Assembly (NCBI GenBank): GCA_005880985.1
Contig: VBIQ01000008.1
Span: 64,003-128,002 of the forward strand
DNA: 64,000 nt
From: Chloroflexota bacterium
GTDB lineage: Bacteria; Chloroflexota; Dormibacteria; Aeolococcales; Aeolococcaceae
Direction: 5' to 3'
Shown piece by piece: positions 28,799-36,923 of this stretch. Each line of letters starts with the position of its first letter. Position 1 is the stretch's first letter. The notes beneath the pieces are model-generated. The model saw nothing but the letters and a program-made list of their open reading frames with translations, ran no database searches and was not told where the DNA came from. The translations under genes and the position numbers were made by a program.

Positions 28799-29653
28799 AT
28801 GCCGGTGAGCGAGCGCACCACCCGCCGCCGCATCCTCCACCTCGACGGAACGCAGCAGCGCTGGCGCACCGACGAGGTCGCCGGCGAGGAGCCCCTCGAG
28901 ATCCGCATCGGCGGCGTGCCGCTGGCGCTGACCATGCGCACTCCCGGCCATGACTTCGAGCTCGCCATCGGCTTCCTCTTCACCGAGGGGGTGGTCGGCG
29001 AGCCGTCCCACATCCGGTCGATCCGCACCTGCGCGGCCAAGCAGGACGCGGCCCGCAGCGGCGTCTACAATATCCTCGACGTCACCCTGGCGCCCGGCGC
29101 CCCACCGTTCGATCCCCGCGGCGGGCGCAACTTCTACACCACCTCGTCCTGCGGCGTCTGCGGCAAGGCGAGCATCGAGGCATTGCAGACCAGGGCCCGG
29201 TGGCAGGTTCGCGACGACCCGTTGATGCTCGACCCGGCGCTGCTGGCCGCGCTGCCCGACCGGTTGCGTGAGGCGCAGCGCGTCTTCGAGCGCACCGGCG
29301 GCCTCCACGGCGCGGCACTGTTCGACGCGGCGGGGAACCTCGTGTGCCTGCGCGAGGACGTCGGCCGCCACAACGCCTTCGACAAGGTGGTGGGATGGGC
29401 CGCGGGCGAGGGCCGGCTGCCGCTTCGCTCCCACGTCATCCTCGCCTCCGGCCGGGCCAGCTTCGAGCTCACCCAGAAGGCGTTGATGGCGGGCATCCCC
29501 GCGCTCGTGGCCATCTCGGCTCCGTCGAGCCTGGCAATCGAGCTCGCCGACGATGCCGGGATGACCCTGGTCGGCTTTCTGCGCGGGCCGCGCATGAACG
29601 TCTATGCCGGCCACCACCGCATCGTCGCCGTCGCGGCGGTGACGACCGCCTGA
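28799..29653 (+). CDS. fdhD: Formate dehydrogenase accessory sulfurtransferase FdhD
   Basis: Conserved SSCGVCGK cysteine motif and FdhD-length (284 aa) product. Confidence 0.9.
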   Translation: MPVSERTTRRRILHLDGTQQRWRTDEVAGEEPLEIRIGGVPLALTMRTPGHDFELAIGFLFTEGVVGEPSHIRSIRTCAAKQDAARSGVYNILDVTLAPGAPPFDPRGGRNFYTTSSCGVCGKASIEALQTRARWQVRDDPLMLDPALLAALPDRLREAQRVFERTGGLHGAALFDAAGNLVCLREDVGRHNAFDKVVGWAAGEGRLPLRSHVILASGRASFELTQKALMAGIPALVAISAPSSLAIELADDAGMTLVGFLRGPRMNVYAGHHRIVAVAAVTTA

Positions 29654-30690
29654 TGCTGCCCCTCGCCCCGCCGCTGGAGCCGATGCTCGCCCGGGTGCAG
29701 GACGAGATCCCGCGCGGGAAGGGCTGGCTCTACGAGCCCAAGTGGGACGGCTTCCGCGCCCTGGTCTACCGCGACAACGACGGCCTGGTCATCGGCAGCC
29801 GCAAGGGGCAGCCGCTGGAGCGGTACTTCCCCGAGCTGAGCCAACCGCTGAAGGCGGCGCTGGCCGAGCACTGCGTGGTCGACGGAGAGATCGTGGTCCC
29901 CGGCCGGGCCGGGCTCGACTTCGATGGGCTGCTGCAGCGCATCCATCCGGCCGCCTCGCGGGTCCGGCTGCTGGCGGAGAGCACCCCGGCGATCTTCATC
30001 GCCTTCGACCTGCTGGCCCTGGGTGGCGACGACCTGCGCGGCTCACCGCTGCACGATCGCCGGGCGGCGCTGCGAGCGATGCTCCGACCGAATCCCAGCG
30101 TCGTGCTGACTCCGCAGACCGATGACGCGGAGCTCGCCGCCTCGTGGTTCGAGCGATTCGAGGGGGCGGGCCTCGACGGCGTGGTCGCCAAGCACGCCGA
30201 CATCCACTACGTCCATGGCGAGCGGGTGATGATCAAGGTCAAGCACATCCGGACCGCCGACTGCGTGGTCGGCGGCTACCGGGTCGCGTCCAAGGGGGGC
30301 GGGGTGGCGTCGCTGCTCCTCGGGCTGTACGACGCGAACGGCGCCCTGCACCACGCCGGCCACACGTCGTCGTTCAACGCGGCGCAGCGCGTGGAACTGC
30401 TCGAGCTGCTGCGGCCGCTCGAGGGCGGTCACAGCTTCGGAGGCGGGCGCACCCCGGGCGGCCCCAGCCGGTGGTCGCAGGGACGGGACCTGTCCTGGGT
30501 CGCGGTGGAGCCCACGCTGGTCTGCGAGGTCCAGTTCGACCATCTCCAGGCCGACCGCTTCCGCCATGCCACCCGCTTTCTCCGCTGGCGGCCCGACAAG
30601 GATGCCCACCAGTGCACCTACGACCAGCTGGTGCCGCCCCACTCCTTCTCGCTCGACGACGCGCTCCACGCCGACGCGGGCGGTCTCTAG
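29653..30690 (+). CDS. ATP-dependent DNA ligase (LigC/LigD-ligase-domain type, about 345 aa)
   Basis: Adenylation motif I (EPKWDGFR, KxDG), OB-fold C-terminal region; start ATG overlaps the fdhD stop (TGATG). Confidence 0.85.
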   Translation: MLPLAPPLEPMLARVQDEIPRGKGWLYEPKWDGFRALVYRDNDGLVIGSRKGQPLERYFPELSQPLKAALAEHCVVDGEIVVPGRAGLDFDGLLQRIHPAASRVRLLAESTPAIFIAFDLLALGGDDLRGSPLHDRRAALRAMLRPNPSVVLTPQTDDAELAASWFERFEGAGLDGVVAKHADIHYVHGERVMIKVKHIRTADCVVGGYRVASKGGGVASLLLGLYDANGALHHAGHTSSFNAAQRVELLELLRPLEGGHSFGGGRTPGGPSRWSQGRDLSWVAVEPTLVCEVQFDHLQADRFRHATRFLRWRPDKDAHQCTYDQLVPPHSFSLDDALHADAGGL

Positions 30691-30736
30691 GGGGCGCCGC
30701 TCGGGTCGCGTCCGCGGCCTCCGCTAGGCTACCGGC

Positions 30737-31894
30737 ATGGGGCTGGGCGACGACGACAGCGGAGGGCTCGCCGGCCTCGACCCCGCCACCCTCGCCGTGC
30801 ACGCCGGCGCGGAGCCGAGCGCGCTCGACGGCGCGGCGATGCCGCCCCTGGTGTTGAGCACCATCTACGAGAACAGTCGCGCCGGCGAGCACAATTACGG
30901 CCGCGAGCGCAACGCGACCTGGGAGCGTCTCGAGACGGTGCTCGCAGCCCTCGAGCGCGGCCCGCGCGCGGTCGTCTTCGCCTCGGGTATGGCCGCAATC
31001 GCGGCCGTCGTCGACGCCGTGCCGGTCGGTGGCCGGGTGGTGGCGGCCCACAACAGCTACTCGGGAACGCGCCAGCTGCTTCGCCGGCTACACCACGCCG
31101 AGCGGGTCGAGGCGGTGCTGGTCGACATCGCCGACACCGAGGCGGTGACCGGCTCCTGTGACGGCGCGGCGCTGCTCTGCCTCGAGAGCCTGACCAACCC
31201 GATGCTGACGATGCCCGACCTGCGGGCGTGCATCGACGCCGCTCACGACGCCGGCGCGATGGTGATGGTCGACAACACCTTTGCCACCCCGGTGACGCTC
31301 ACCCCGCTGACCTGGGGCGCCGACGTGGTGGTGCATTCATTGACGAAGTACGTCGGCGGCCACAGCGACCTGCTGCTCGGCGCCCTCGTCTGCCGCGACC
31401 CCGCGCTGGCGGAGCGCCTGGTCGAGCACCGCACCCTCGGCGGGGCCGTCCCCGGCCAGCTGGAGACGTGGCTGGCGCTTCGCGGCATCCGCACCCTCGA
31501 TGTCCGGGTGCGTCGCCAGATGGCGAGCGCGGCCACCCTCGCCGGCCGGCTGGTCGAGCATCCCGCAGTCGCCCGGGTCCACTATCCCGGGCTTGCCTCG
31601 CACCCGCAGCACGCGCGCGCCGCCCGGCAGCTCGAGGGAGGTTTCGGCGCGGTGCTCTCCATCGAAGTGGCCGGCGGTCGCGAGGAGGCCGAGGCGGTCT
31701 GCGCCGCGACCAGGCTCTGGCTGCATGCCACCAGTCTGGGCGGCGTCGAATCCACTCTGGAGCGGCGGCGGCGATACCCGGCGGAATCCGACGCCGTCCC
31801 CGAGTCGTTGCTCCGGCTCTCGGTGGGCATCGAGGCGGTCGAGGATCTCGCCGCCGACCTGGTCAGCGCCCTCGACGGCGGCGCGTCGCGCTGA
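30737..31894 (+). CDS. PLP-dependent Cys/Met-metabolism enzyme (cystathionine gamma-synthase / beta-lyase family)
   Basis: N-terminal TLAVHAG motif and PLP-lysine motif (SLTKYVGGHSD). Confidence 0.8.
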   Translation: MGLGDDDSGGLAGLDPATLAVHAGAEPSALDGAAMPPLVLSTIYENSRAGEHNYGRERNATWERLETVLAALERGPRAVVFASGMAAIAAVVDAVPVGGRVVAAHNSYSGTRQLLRRLHHAERVEAVLVDIADTEAVTGSCDGAALLCLESLTNPMLTMPDLRACIDAAHDAGAMVMVDNTFATPVTLTPLTWGADVVVHSLTKYVGGHSDLLLGALVCRDPALAERLVEHRTLGGAVPGQLETWLALRGIRTLDVRVRRQMASAATLAGRLVEHPAVARVHYPGLASHPQHARAARQLEGGFGAVLSIEVAGGREEAEAVCAATRLWLHATSLGGVESTLERRRRYPAESDAVPESLLRLSVGIEAVEDLAADLVSALDGGASR

Positions 31895-32625
31895 TGGACC
31901 AGCCCGCCGCCGGGGGCACCGAGTACGCCGAATACCTGCTGATCGATGACCTGCTGCGCCTGCAGTGTCCGCTTACTCCCGGCGCCGACGACGAGCTTCT
32001 CTTCATCGTCGTCCACCAGGTGTACGAGCTGTGGTTCAAGCTTCTGCTGGCCGAGCTCTCTCGCGCCCGCGACCTGCTGGCGGCGTCGGATGCCAACGCC
32101 GCAGTGGGCCTGCTGCAGCGCGTGAGCCGCATTGACCGCTTGCTGGTCGAGCAGCTCGCCGTGTTGGAGACGATGAGTCCCGACGAGTTCCTGCGTTTCC
32201 GCGATCCGCTGGCACCGGCATCCGGTTTCCAGTCACGCCAGTTCCGCGCCATCGAGAGGATCTCCGGGGACGCCGGCGACGGCGGCGGGGGACTGTGGGA
32301 CGCGTTCTGCGCCTGCGGACGCGGCCTGGGTCTCGACCTTCCAGCCGGCGAGGAACCGCTCGCGCGCAGCGCGCGGCTGGCCGCGCTGGCTGGTCTCTAC
32401 CACGAGCATCGGGCTCCCGGTCGTGCCGCCCTGCACCGCGTCGCCGAGCTGCTGCTCGACCATGACGAGACGATCGCGGCCTGGCGGTTCCGGCACACCC
32501 TGATGGCGGCGCGGGCGATCGGTTCGCGCCCCGGCACCGGCGGCTCGAAGGGGGTCGGTTACCTGCGCGGCACCATCGACCAGCGTTTCTTTCCCGAGCT
32601 GTGGGAGGTGCGCAACCGGCTGTGA
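31894..32625 (+). CDS. kynA: Tryptophan 2,3-dioxygenase
   Basis: TDO motifs (YELWFKLLL and PASGFQSRQFRAIE); ATG overlaps the upstream stop (TGATG). Confidence 0.85.
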   Translation: MDQPAAGGTEYAEYLLIDDLLRLQCPLTPGADDELLFIVVHQVYELWFKLLLAELSRARDLLAASDANAAVGLLQRVSRIDRLLVEQLAVLETMSPDEFLRFRDPLAPASGFQSRQFRAIERISGDAGDGGGGLWDAFCACGRGLGLDLPAGEEPLARSARLAALAGLYHEHRAPGRAALHRVAELLLDHDETIAAWRFRHTLMAARAIGSRPGTGGSKGVGYLRGTIDQRFFPELWEVRNRL

Positions 32626-33872
32626 CCGGGCTCGCCGGTGGTCCGCTGACCCGGGAGCGGTGCGCCGCCCTCGACGCCACCGATCCGCTGGCATCGCTGC
32701 GCGATCGATTCCAGGTTCCCGACGATGTGGTCTACCTCGATGGAAACTCGCTCGGGGCGCCGCCACGCGCCGCGGCCGACACCGTGCGGCATCTCCTCGA
32801 TGAGGAATGGGGGCGGGGACTGATTCGTAGCTGGAACGAGGCGGGTTGGATCGATGCGCCGCGGCGCATCGGCGACAAGCTCGGCCGGCTGATCGGCGCC
32901 GCCCCCGGTCAGGTGGTCGTCAGCGACAGCACCTCGGTCAACCTGTTCAAGCTGCTCACCGCAGCGCTGCGGGCCCGGCCGGGCCGCCGGGTCATCCTCA
33001 GCGAGCGCGACAACTTCCCCACCGACCTCTATGTGGCCGAGGGCGTGGCGCGCGGCATGGATGCCGTCCTGCGCATCGTCGACCGCGGTGAGCTCGAGGG
33101 CGCCATCGACGAGTCGGTGGCGGTGCTCATGCTCACCCACGTCGATTACCGCACCGGCTTCATGCACGACATGGGCAGCTTGACCGAGGTGGCGCATGCC
33201 GGCGGGGTGGTGGCGCTGTGGGACCTCTCCCACAGCGTCGCCGCCGTTCCGCTGGCGGTCGACGAGTGGGGTGTGGACCTCGCCGTCGGGTGCGGCTACA
33301 AGCATCTCTGCGGCGGTCCCGGGGCGCCGGCTCATCTCTATGTGGCCTCGCGTCTCCAGGAGGAGATGCGCTCGTCCATCCAGGGATGGATGGGTCATGC
33401 CGACACCTTCGGCTTCGAGGCCGAGTACCGTCCGGCGCCGGGAGTATTGCGTCACCTCTGCGGTACACCGCCGATGCTCGCCATGGCCGCGCTGGAGGCC
33501 GCCGTCGACCTGTTCGGCTCGATCGATACGGCGGAGGTGCGGCGCAAGTCCGTCGCCCTGGGCGATCTCCTCATCCGGCTGGTGGACGAGCGCCTCGCCG
33601 GTCGTGGCCTGGTGGTTGCCTCGCCGCGTGATGGCGCCTGCCGCGGCTCGCAGGTGTCGCTCTCCCATCCGCAGGGATACCGGGTCATGCGCGCGCTCAT
33701 CGATCGAGGGGTCATCGGAGACTTCCGTCCGCCCGACCTGATGCGGTTCGGCCTGGTGCCGCTCTACGTCCGCCACGTCGACATCTGGGACGCGGTGGAG
33801 GTGCTGCGCGAGGTGATCGACGGCGAGCTCTGGCGCGACCTGGCGTATGCGGTGCGCGCCACCGTGACGTGA
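32622..33872 (+). CDS. kynU: Kynureninase
   Basis: PLP-lysine region (VDLAVGCGYKHLCGGPGAPA), kynureninase N-terminus (TRERCAALDATDPLASLRDRF); GTG start overlapping the kynA stop. Confidence 0.9.
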   Translation: MTGLAGGPLTRERCAALDATDPLASLRDRFQVPDDVVYLDGNSLGAPPRAAADTVRHLLDEEWGRGLIRSWNEAGWIDAPRRIGDKLGRLIGAAPGQVVVSDSTSVNLFKLLTAALRARPGRRVILSERDNFPTDLYVAEGVARGMDAVLRIVDRGELEGAIDESVAVLMLTHVDYRTGFMHDMGSLTEVAHAGGVVALWDLSHSVAAVPLAVDEWGVDLAVGCGYKHLCGGPGAPAHLYVASRLQEEMRSSIQGWMGHADTFGFEAEYRPAPGVLRHLCGTPPMLAMAALEAAVDLFGSIDTAEVRRKSVALGDLLIRLVDERLAGRGLVVASPRDGACRGSQVSLSHPQGYRVMRALIDRGVIGDFRPPDLMRFGLVPLYVRHVDIWDAVEVLREVIDGELWRDLAYAVRATVT

Positions 33873-34633
33873 GGACGAGCCATCGATACGGTGCCGCGCC
33901 GGATCAGGAGGGCGAGCTCTGGCTGCCGTCCGGCAACGGACCCCATCCCGTCGCGGTGCTCATCCACGGCGGCTTCTGGCGTGCCCGCCACCGGCTCGAT
34001 CTCATGGACGCGCTCGCCGCCGACCTGCAGGCACGCGGTCTCGCCGCCTGGAACCTCGAGTACCGCCGTATCGGTGCCGGTGGCGGCTGGCCCGCGACCT
34101 TCGTCGACGTGGCCGCGGGAGTCGACGCGCTCACCGTCATCGCTGACGCGCACCACCTCGACGTCACCCGCATGGTGGTCGCCGGCCACTCGGCGGGTGG
34201 ACACCTCGCCCTCTGGACCGCGGCGCGGGCGACACTTCCCCACGATGCTCCCGGCGCCTCGCCGCGACTGCGTCCGCGGCTGGCGATCGCCCTCGCCGGC
34301 GTCTGCGACCTGGTCGCCGCCGCCGAGCGTCGCCTCGGCGACCGTGCCGCCATCGAGCTGATGGGCGCATCGCCCGAGGCGGCTCCAGACGCCTATGCAC
34401 TGGCATCACCAGCGGCGCGGTTGCCGCTGGGCGTGCCCCAGCTGTTGGTCCACGGCACCGCCGATGACAGCGTTCCGGTGGATGTCAGCGAGCGCTACCA
34501 GGCCGCCGCGACCGCCGCCGGCGACCGATGCCGGCTGCTGCGGCTGCCCGGGGTCGATCACTTCGCGCTGATCGACCCCGGCAGCGATGCCTGGCGGTTG
34601 ACCGCCGACGAGATCGGCGCGGCCCTGAGCTGA
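33869..34633 (+). CDS. Alpha/beta hydrolase (esterase/lipase fold); candidate kynurenine formamidase of the alpha/beta-hydrolase type
   Basis: HGGFW oxyanion motif and GHSAGG nucleophile elbow; coupled (GTGA overlap) to kynU. The formamidase assignment is an inference from context. Confidence 0.65.
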   Translation: MRTSHRYGAAPDQEGELWLPSGNGPHPVAVLIHGGFWRARHRLDLMDALAADLQARGLAAWNLEYRRIGAGGGWPATFVDVAAGVDALTVIADAHHLDVTRMVVAGHSAGGHLALWTAARATLPHDAPGASPRLRPRLAIALAGVCDLVAAAERRLGDRAAIELMGASPEAAPDAYALASPAARLPLGVPQLLVHGTADDSVPVDVSERYQAAATAAGDRCRLLRLPGVDHFALIDPGSDAWRLTADEIGAALS

Positions 34634-34646
34634 GGTCGGTCGCGGA

Positions 34647-35087
34647 TCAGGAGACCGTGGCCGGCGCCGCAACCAGTCCGAGCTGGGTCAGGAACTCGTG
34701 GCGATCGAAGTAGAGGCGGTCCTCGACGAGGCGGTTGCCCTGGACGCGGGCGATGTTGACGCCTCGCATGCTGATGCGCTTCCCGGTTGACTGCACGGTT
34801 TCGCCGGTGGCAAGCCGCAGGGGCGCGGTGTGCGTCGCCGTGTTGCGAAACTCGCTGACCACCACGTCGCCGTCGACGTACTGCTGCTCGATGTCGATGC
34901 GGGTGTCGGAGTAGGCGCGCAGCAGGTTCTCGTAGTGCTCGCGGATGGCGGCGGTGCCACTCACCCGGCGCCCTCCCGGCCAGACCAGCTCCGCATCCGG
35001 CGTGTAGGTGGCCATGATCGCGTCCAGGTCGTGCGTGTTCATGGCGTCGATGTTCCGCCGAACCACCGCTTTGGGATCAGCCATCAC
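34647..35087 (-). CDS. SnoaL-like / NTF2-fold protein (ester cyclase or ketosteroid-isomerase-like)
   Basis: About 145 aa with the SnoaL-like signature (VRRNIDAMNTHDLDAIMATYTPDAELVWPGG). Confidence 0.7.
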   Translation of the reverse strand: MMADPKAVVRRNIDAMNTHDLDAIMATYTPDAELVWPGGRRVSGTAAIREHYENLLRAYSDTRIDIEQQYVDGDVVVSEFRNTATHTAPLRLATGETVQSTGKRISMRGVNIARVQGNRLVEDRLYFDRHEFLTQLGLVAAPATVS

Positions 35088-35172
35088 CGCCCCCCTCTAT
35101 ACCAGCCAAACGAAGGACACGATGATCGCGCCTGCCGGGCGATGGGTCAACCGCCGCGTCGTGGGGTGTCGC

Positions 35173-36066
35173 TCAGCCTCCCCGGCTCTCGCCGCGCTCG
35201 ATGCGGGCGCGCTGCGGCCCCACCGCATAGGCGGGGTCGCGCACCGAGTGAGCGCCGGCGGCGAAGACCGTCCAGCGCAGGCAGGCGGCGCCGGCGAGCA
35301 CCGACAGGCCGCCGAGGATCGCCGCCGGGCGGCGCCGCCCGGTCAGCGTCATCGCCAGCGCGCCCGCGGCGGTCAGGCCCCTGGCCAGACGACGGCTGAC
35401 CGCGTTGCCGCCGGTGGAGTACGGCTGGCCGGCCTCACCCAGCCGGCGCTCCATCACCCCGGTGGCGGCCAGTTCCACCAGCGCGCCCATCGCGCACAGC
35501 CGGCGGGCGGGTCGCGCCGACGCCGCCGGTGTCACCAGCGCCGCCGCCGCGCCTGCGCTCGCCGCCGAGCTGGCGGCGAACACGAAGGGAAGCTCGAAGC
35601 GTGCCTCGTGCCACGCCGGCACCGCGGTGTCGGCGATGAGCACCGCGGTGTAGGTGGCGAGCGCCGGTCCCAGCGCACCGGCGGCGGTCTCGGTGGCGGT
35701 GCGGAGTCGCGGCATGACGCCCAGCACCTCGCAGCCGGTGGCAACCCCGGTGGCAAGCCCGCTGGCGCTGAGCACCCAGGTGCCGACGCTCATCGGCGAG
35801 GTGACCTTGAGGACCCGCAGCATGTGGTGGAAACGGGCCGGTCGGCCGAGGTCGCGGATGAGCAGGGGAGGGCTGACGATCAGGCCCGCCAGCGCGACCA
35901 TCAGGGCGCGCCGCGCCAGCACATCGTTGCCGCGCCGCCGCGCCGCCGCAGCGAGCGTCGCCGACGCTCCTGCCAGCCCACCGGTGAAGAGGTAGGCGGC
36001 GATGTCCGGCTCCCACACCGGTCCCTTGAGCAGCGGACGGCCGTAGTACGAGCGCGCCTCGGTCAC
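35173..36066 (-). CDS. Formate dehydrogenase membrane subunit (NrfD/PsrC-like polytopic anchor)
   Basis: About 8 TM helices, NrfD-like; GTG start overlaps the fdhB stop (GTGA). The 649-aa track ORF here is a frame-merge artefact. Confidence 0.7.
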   Translation of the reverse strand: MTEARSYYGRPLLKGPVWEPDIAAYLFTGGLAGASATLAAAARRRGNDVLARRALMVALAGLIVSPPLLIRDLGRPARFHHMLRVLKVTSPMSVGTWVLSASGLATGVATGCEVLGVMPRLRTATETAAGALGPALATYTAVLIADTAVPAWHEARFELPFVFAASSAASAGAAAALVTPAASARPARRLCAMGALVELAATGVMERRLGEAGQPYSTGGNAVSRRLARGLTAAGALAMTLTGRRRPAAILGGLSVLAGAACLRWTVFAAGAHSVRDPAYAVGPQRARIERGESRGG

Positions 36067-36923
36067 CGCCGCTCTCCGAGAAAGGCCGCGGCCACCCCCA
36101 GGGCGAGCGCTCCCGCAGCGGCGGCGGCGGCCCCCCACATCTGTCCCAGCCGGCGGGTGCTGACCACCGGATCCGGCGGCAGCCCGTACACCTCCGGCTG
36201 GTCGAGGAGCAGGAAGAAGGCGCCGAAACCACCGACGCCGTTGTCGCGGTCGGCGCCGTACAGCCGGGCGTCGCCGACGCCGCGCTGGTGCAGGGTGTCC
36301 ACCCGCTCGCGCGCCAGCGCCAGCAGCTCGTCGACGGGGCCGAACTGGATCGACTTGGTCGGGCACGCCTGGGCGCAGGCGGGCTCCAGGTCGCCGCGGA
36401 GACGGTCGTAGCACAGGGTGCACTTCCAGACCCGGCCGTCCTCCCGGCGCTTGTCGAGCACGCCGAAGGGACAGGCAGACACGCAGTAGCCACAGCCGTT
36501 GCAGATGTCCTGCTGGACGACCACGGTGTCGAACTCGGTGCGGAAGAGGGCGCCGGTGGGGCAGACGTCGAGACAGGCGGCGTGGGCGCAGTGCTTGCAG
36601 ACATCGCTGCTCATCAGCCAGCGAAGGCCATCGCCGGCTTCGGGGTCGGAGACGGCGACCGGCCGTCCCTGCTCGATGAAGGCGACGTGCCGCCACGAGT
36701 TGCATCCGATGCTGCCGGTGTTGTCGTAGGAGTCGCCGGTGAAGCTCAGGCCGTCGTCGGGAACCAGGTTCCACTCCTTGCAGGCCACCTCGCAGGCCTT
36801 GCAGCCGATGCAGATCGAGGTGTCGGTGAAGAAGCCCATCGCCCGCGGCGACCCGTCCGGATGGTGCGAGGCGACATCGATGTCGTGGCTGATGATGGTC
36901 GGATCGCCGCTGATCGCGGTCAT
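36063..36923 (-). CDS. fdhB: Formate dehydrogenase iron-sulfur (4x[4Fe-4S]) beta subunit
   Basis: Four ferredoxin Cys clusters (CIGCKACEVACKEW, CKHCAHAACLDVCPTGA, CNGCGYCVSACPFG, CTLCYDRL) plus a C-terminal TM anchor; ATGA overlap with the fdhA stop. Confidence 0.9.
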   Translation of the reverse strand: MTAISGDPTIISHDIDVASHHPDGSPRAMGFFTDTSICIGCKACEVACKEWNLVPDDGLSFTGDSYDNTGSIGCNSWRHVAFIEQGRPVAVSDPEAGDGLRWLMSSDVCKHCAHAACLDVCPTGALFRTEFDTVVVQQDICNGCGYCVSACPFGVLDKRREDGRVWKCTLCYDRLRGDLEPACAQACPTKSIQFGPVDELLALARERVDTLHQRGVGDARLYGADRDNGVGGFGAFFLLLDQPEVYGLPPDPVVSTRRLGQMWGAAAAAAGALALGVAAAFLGERR

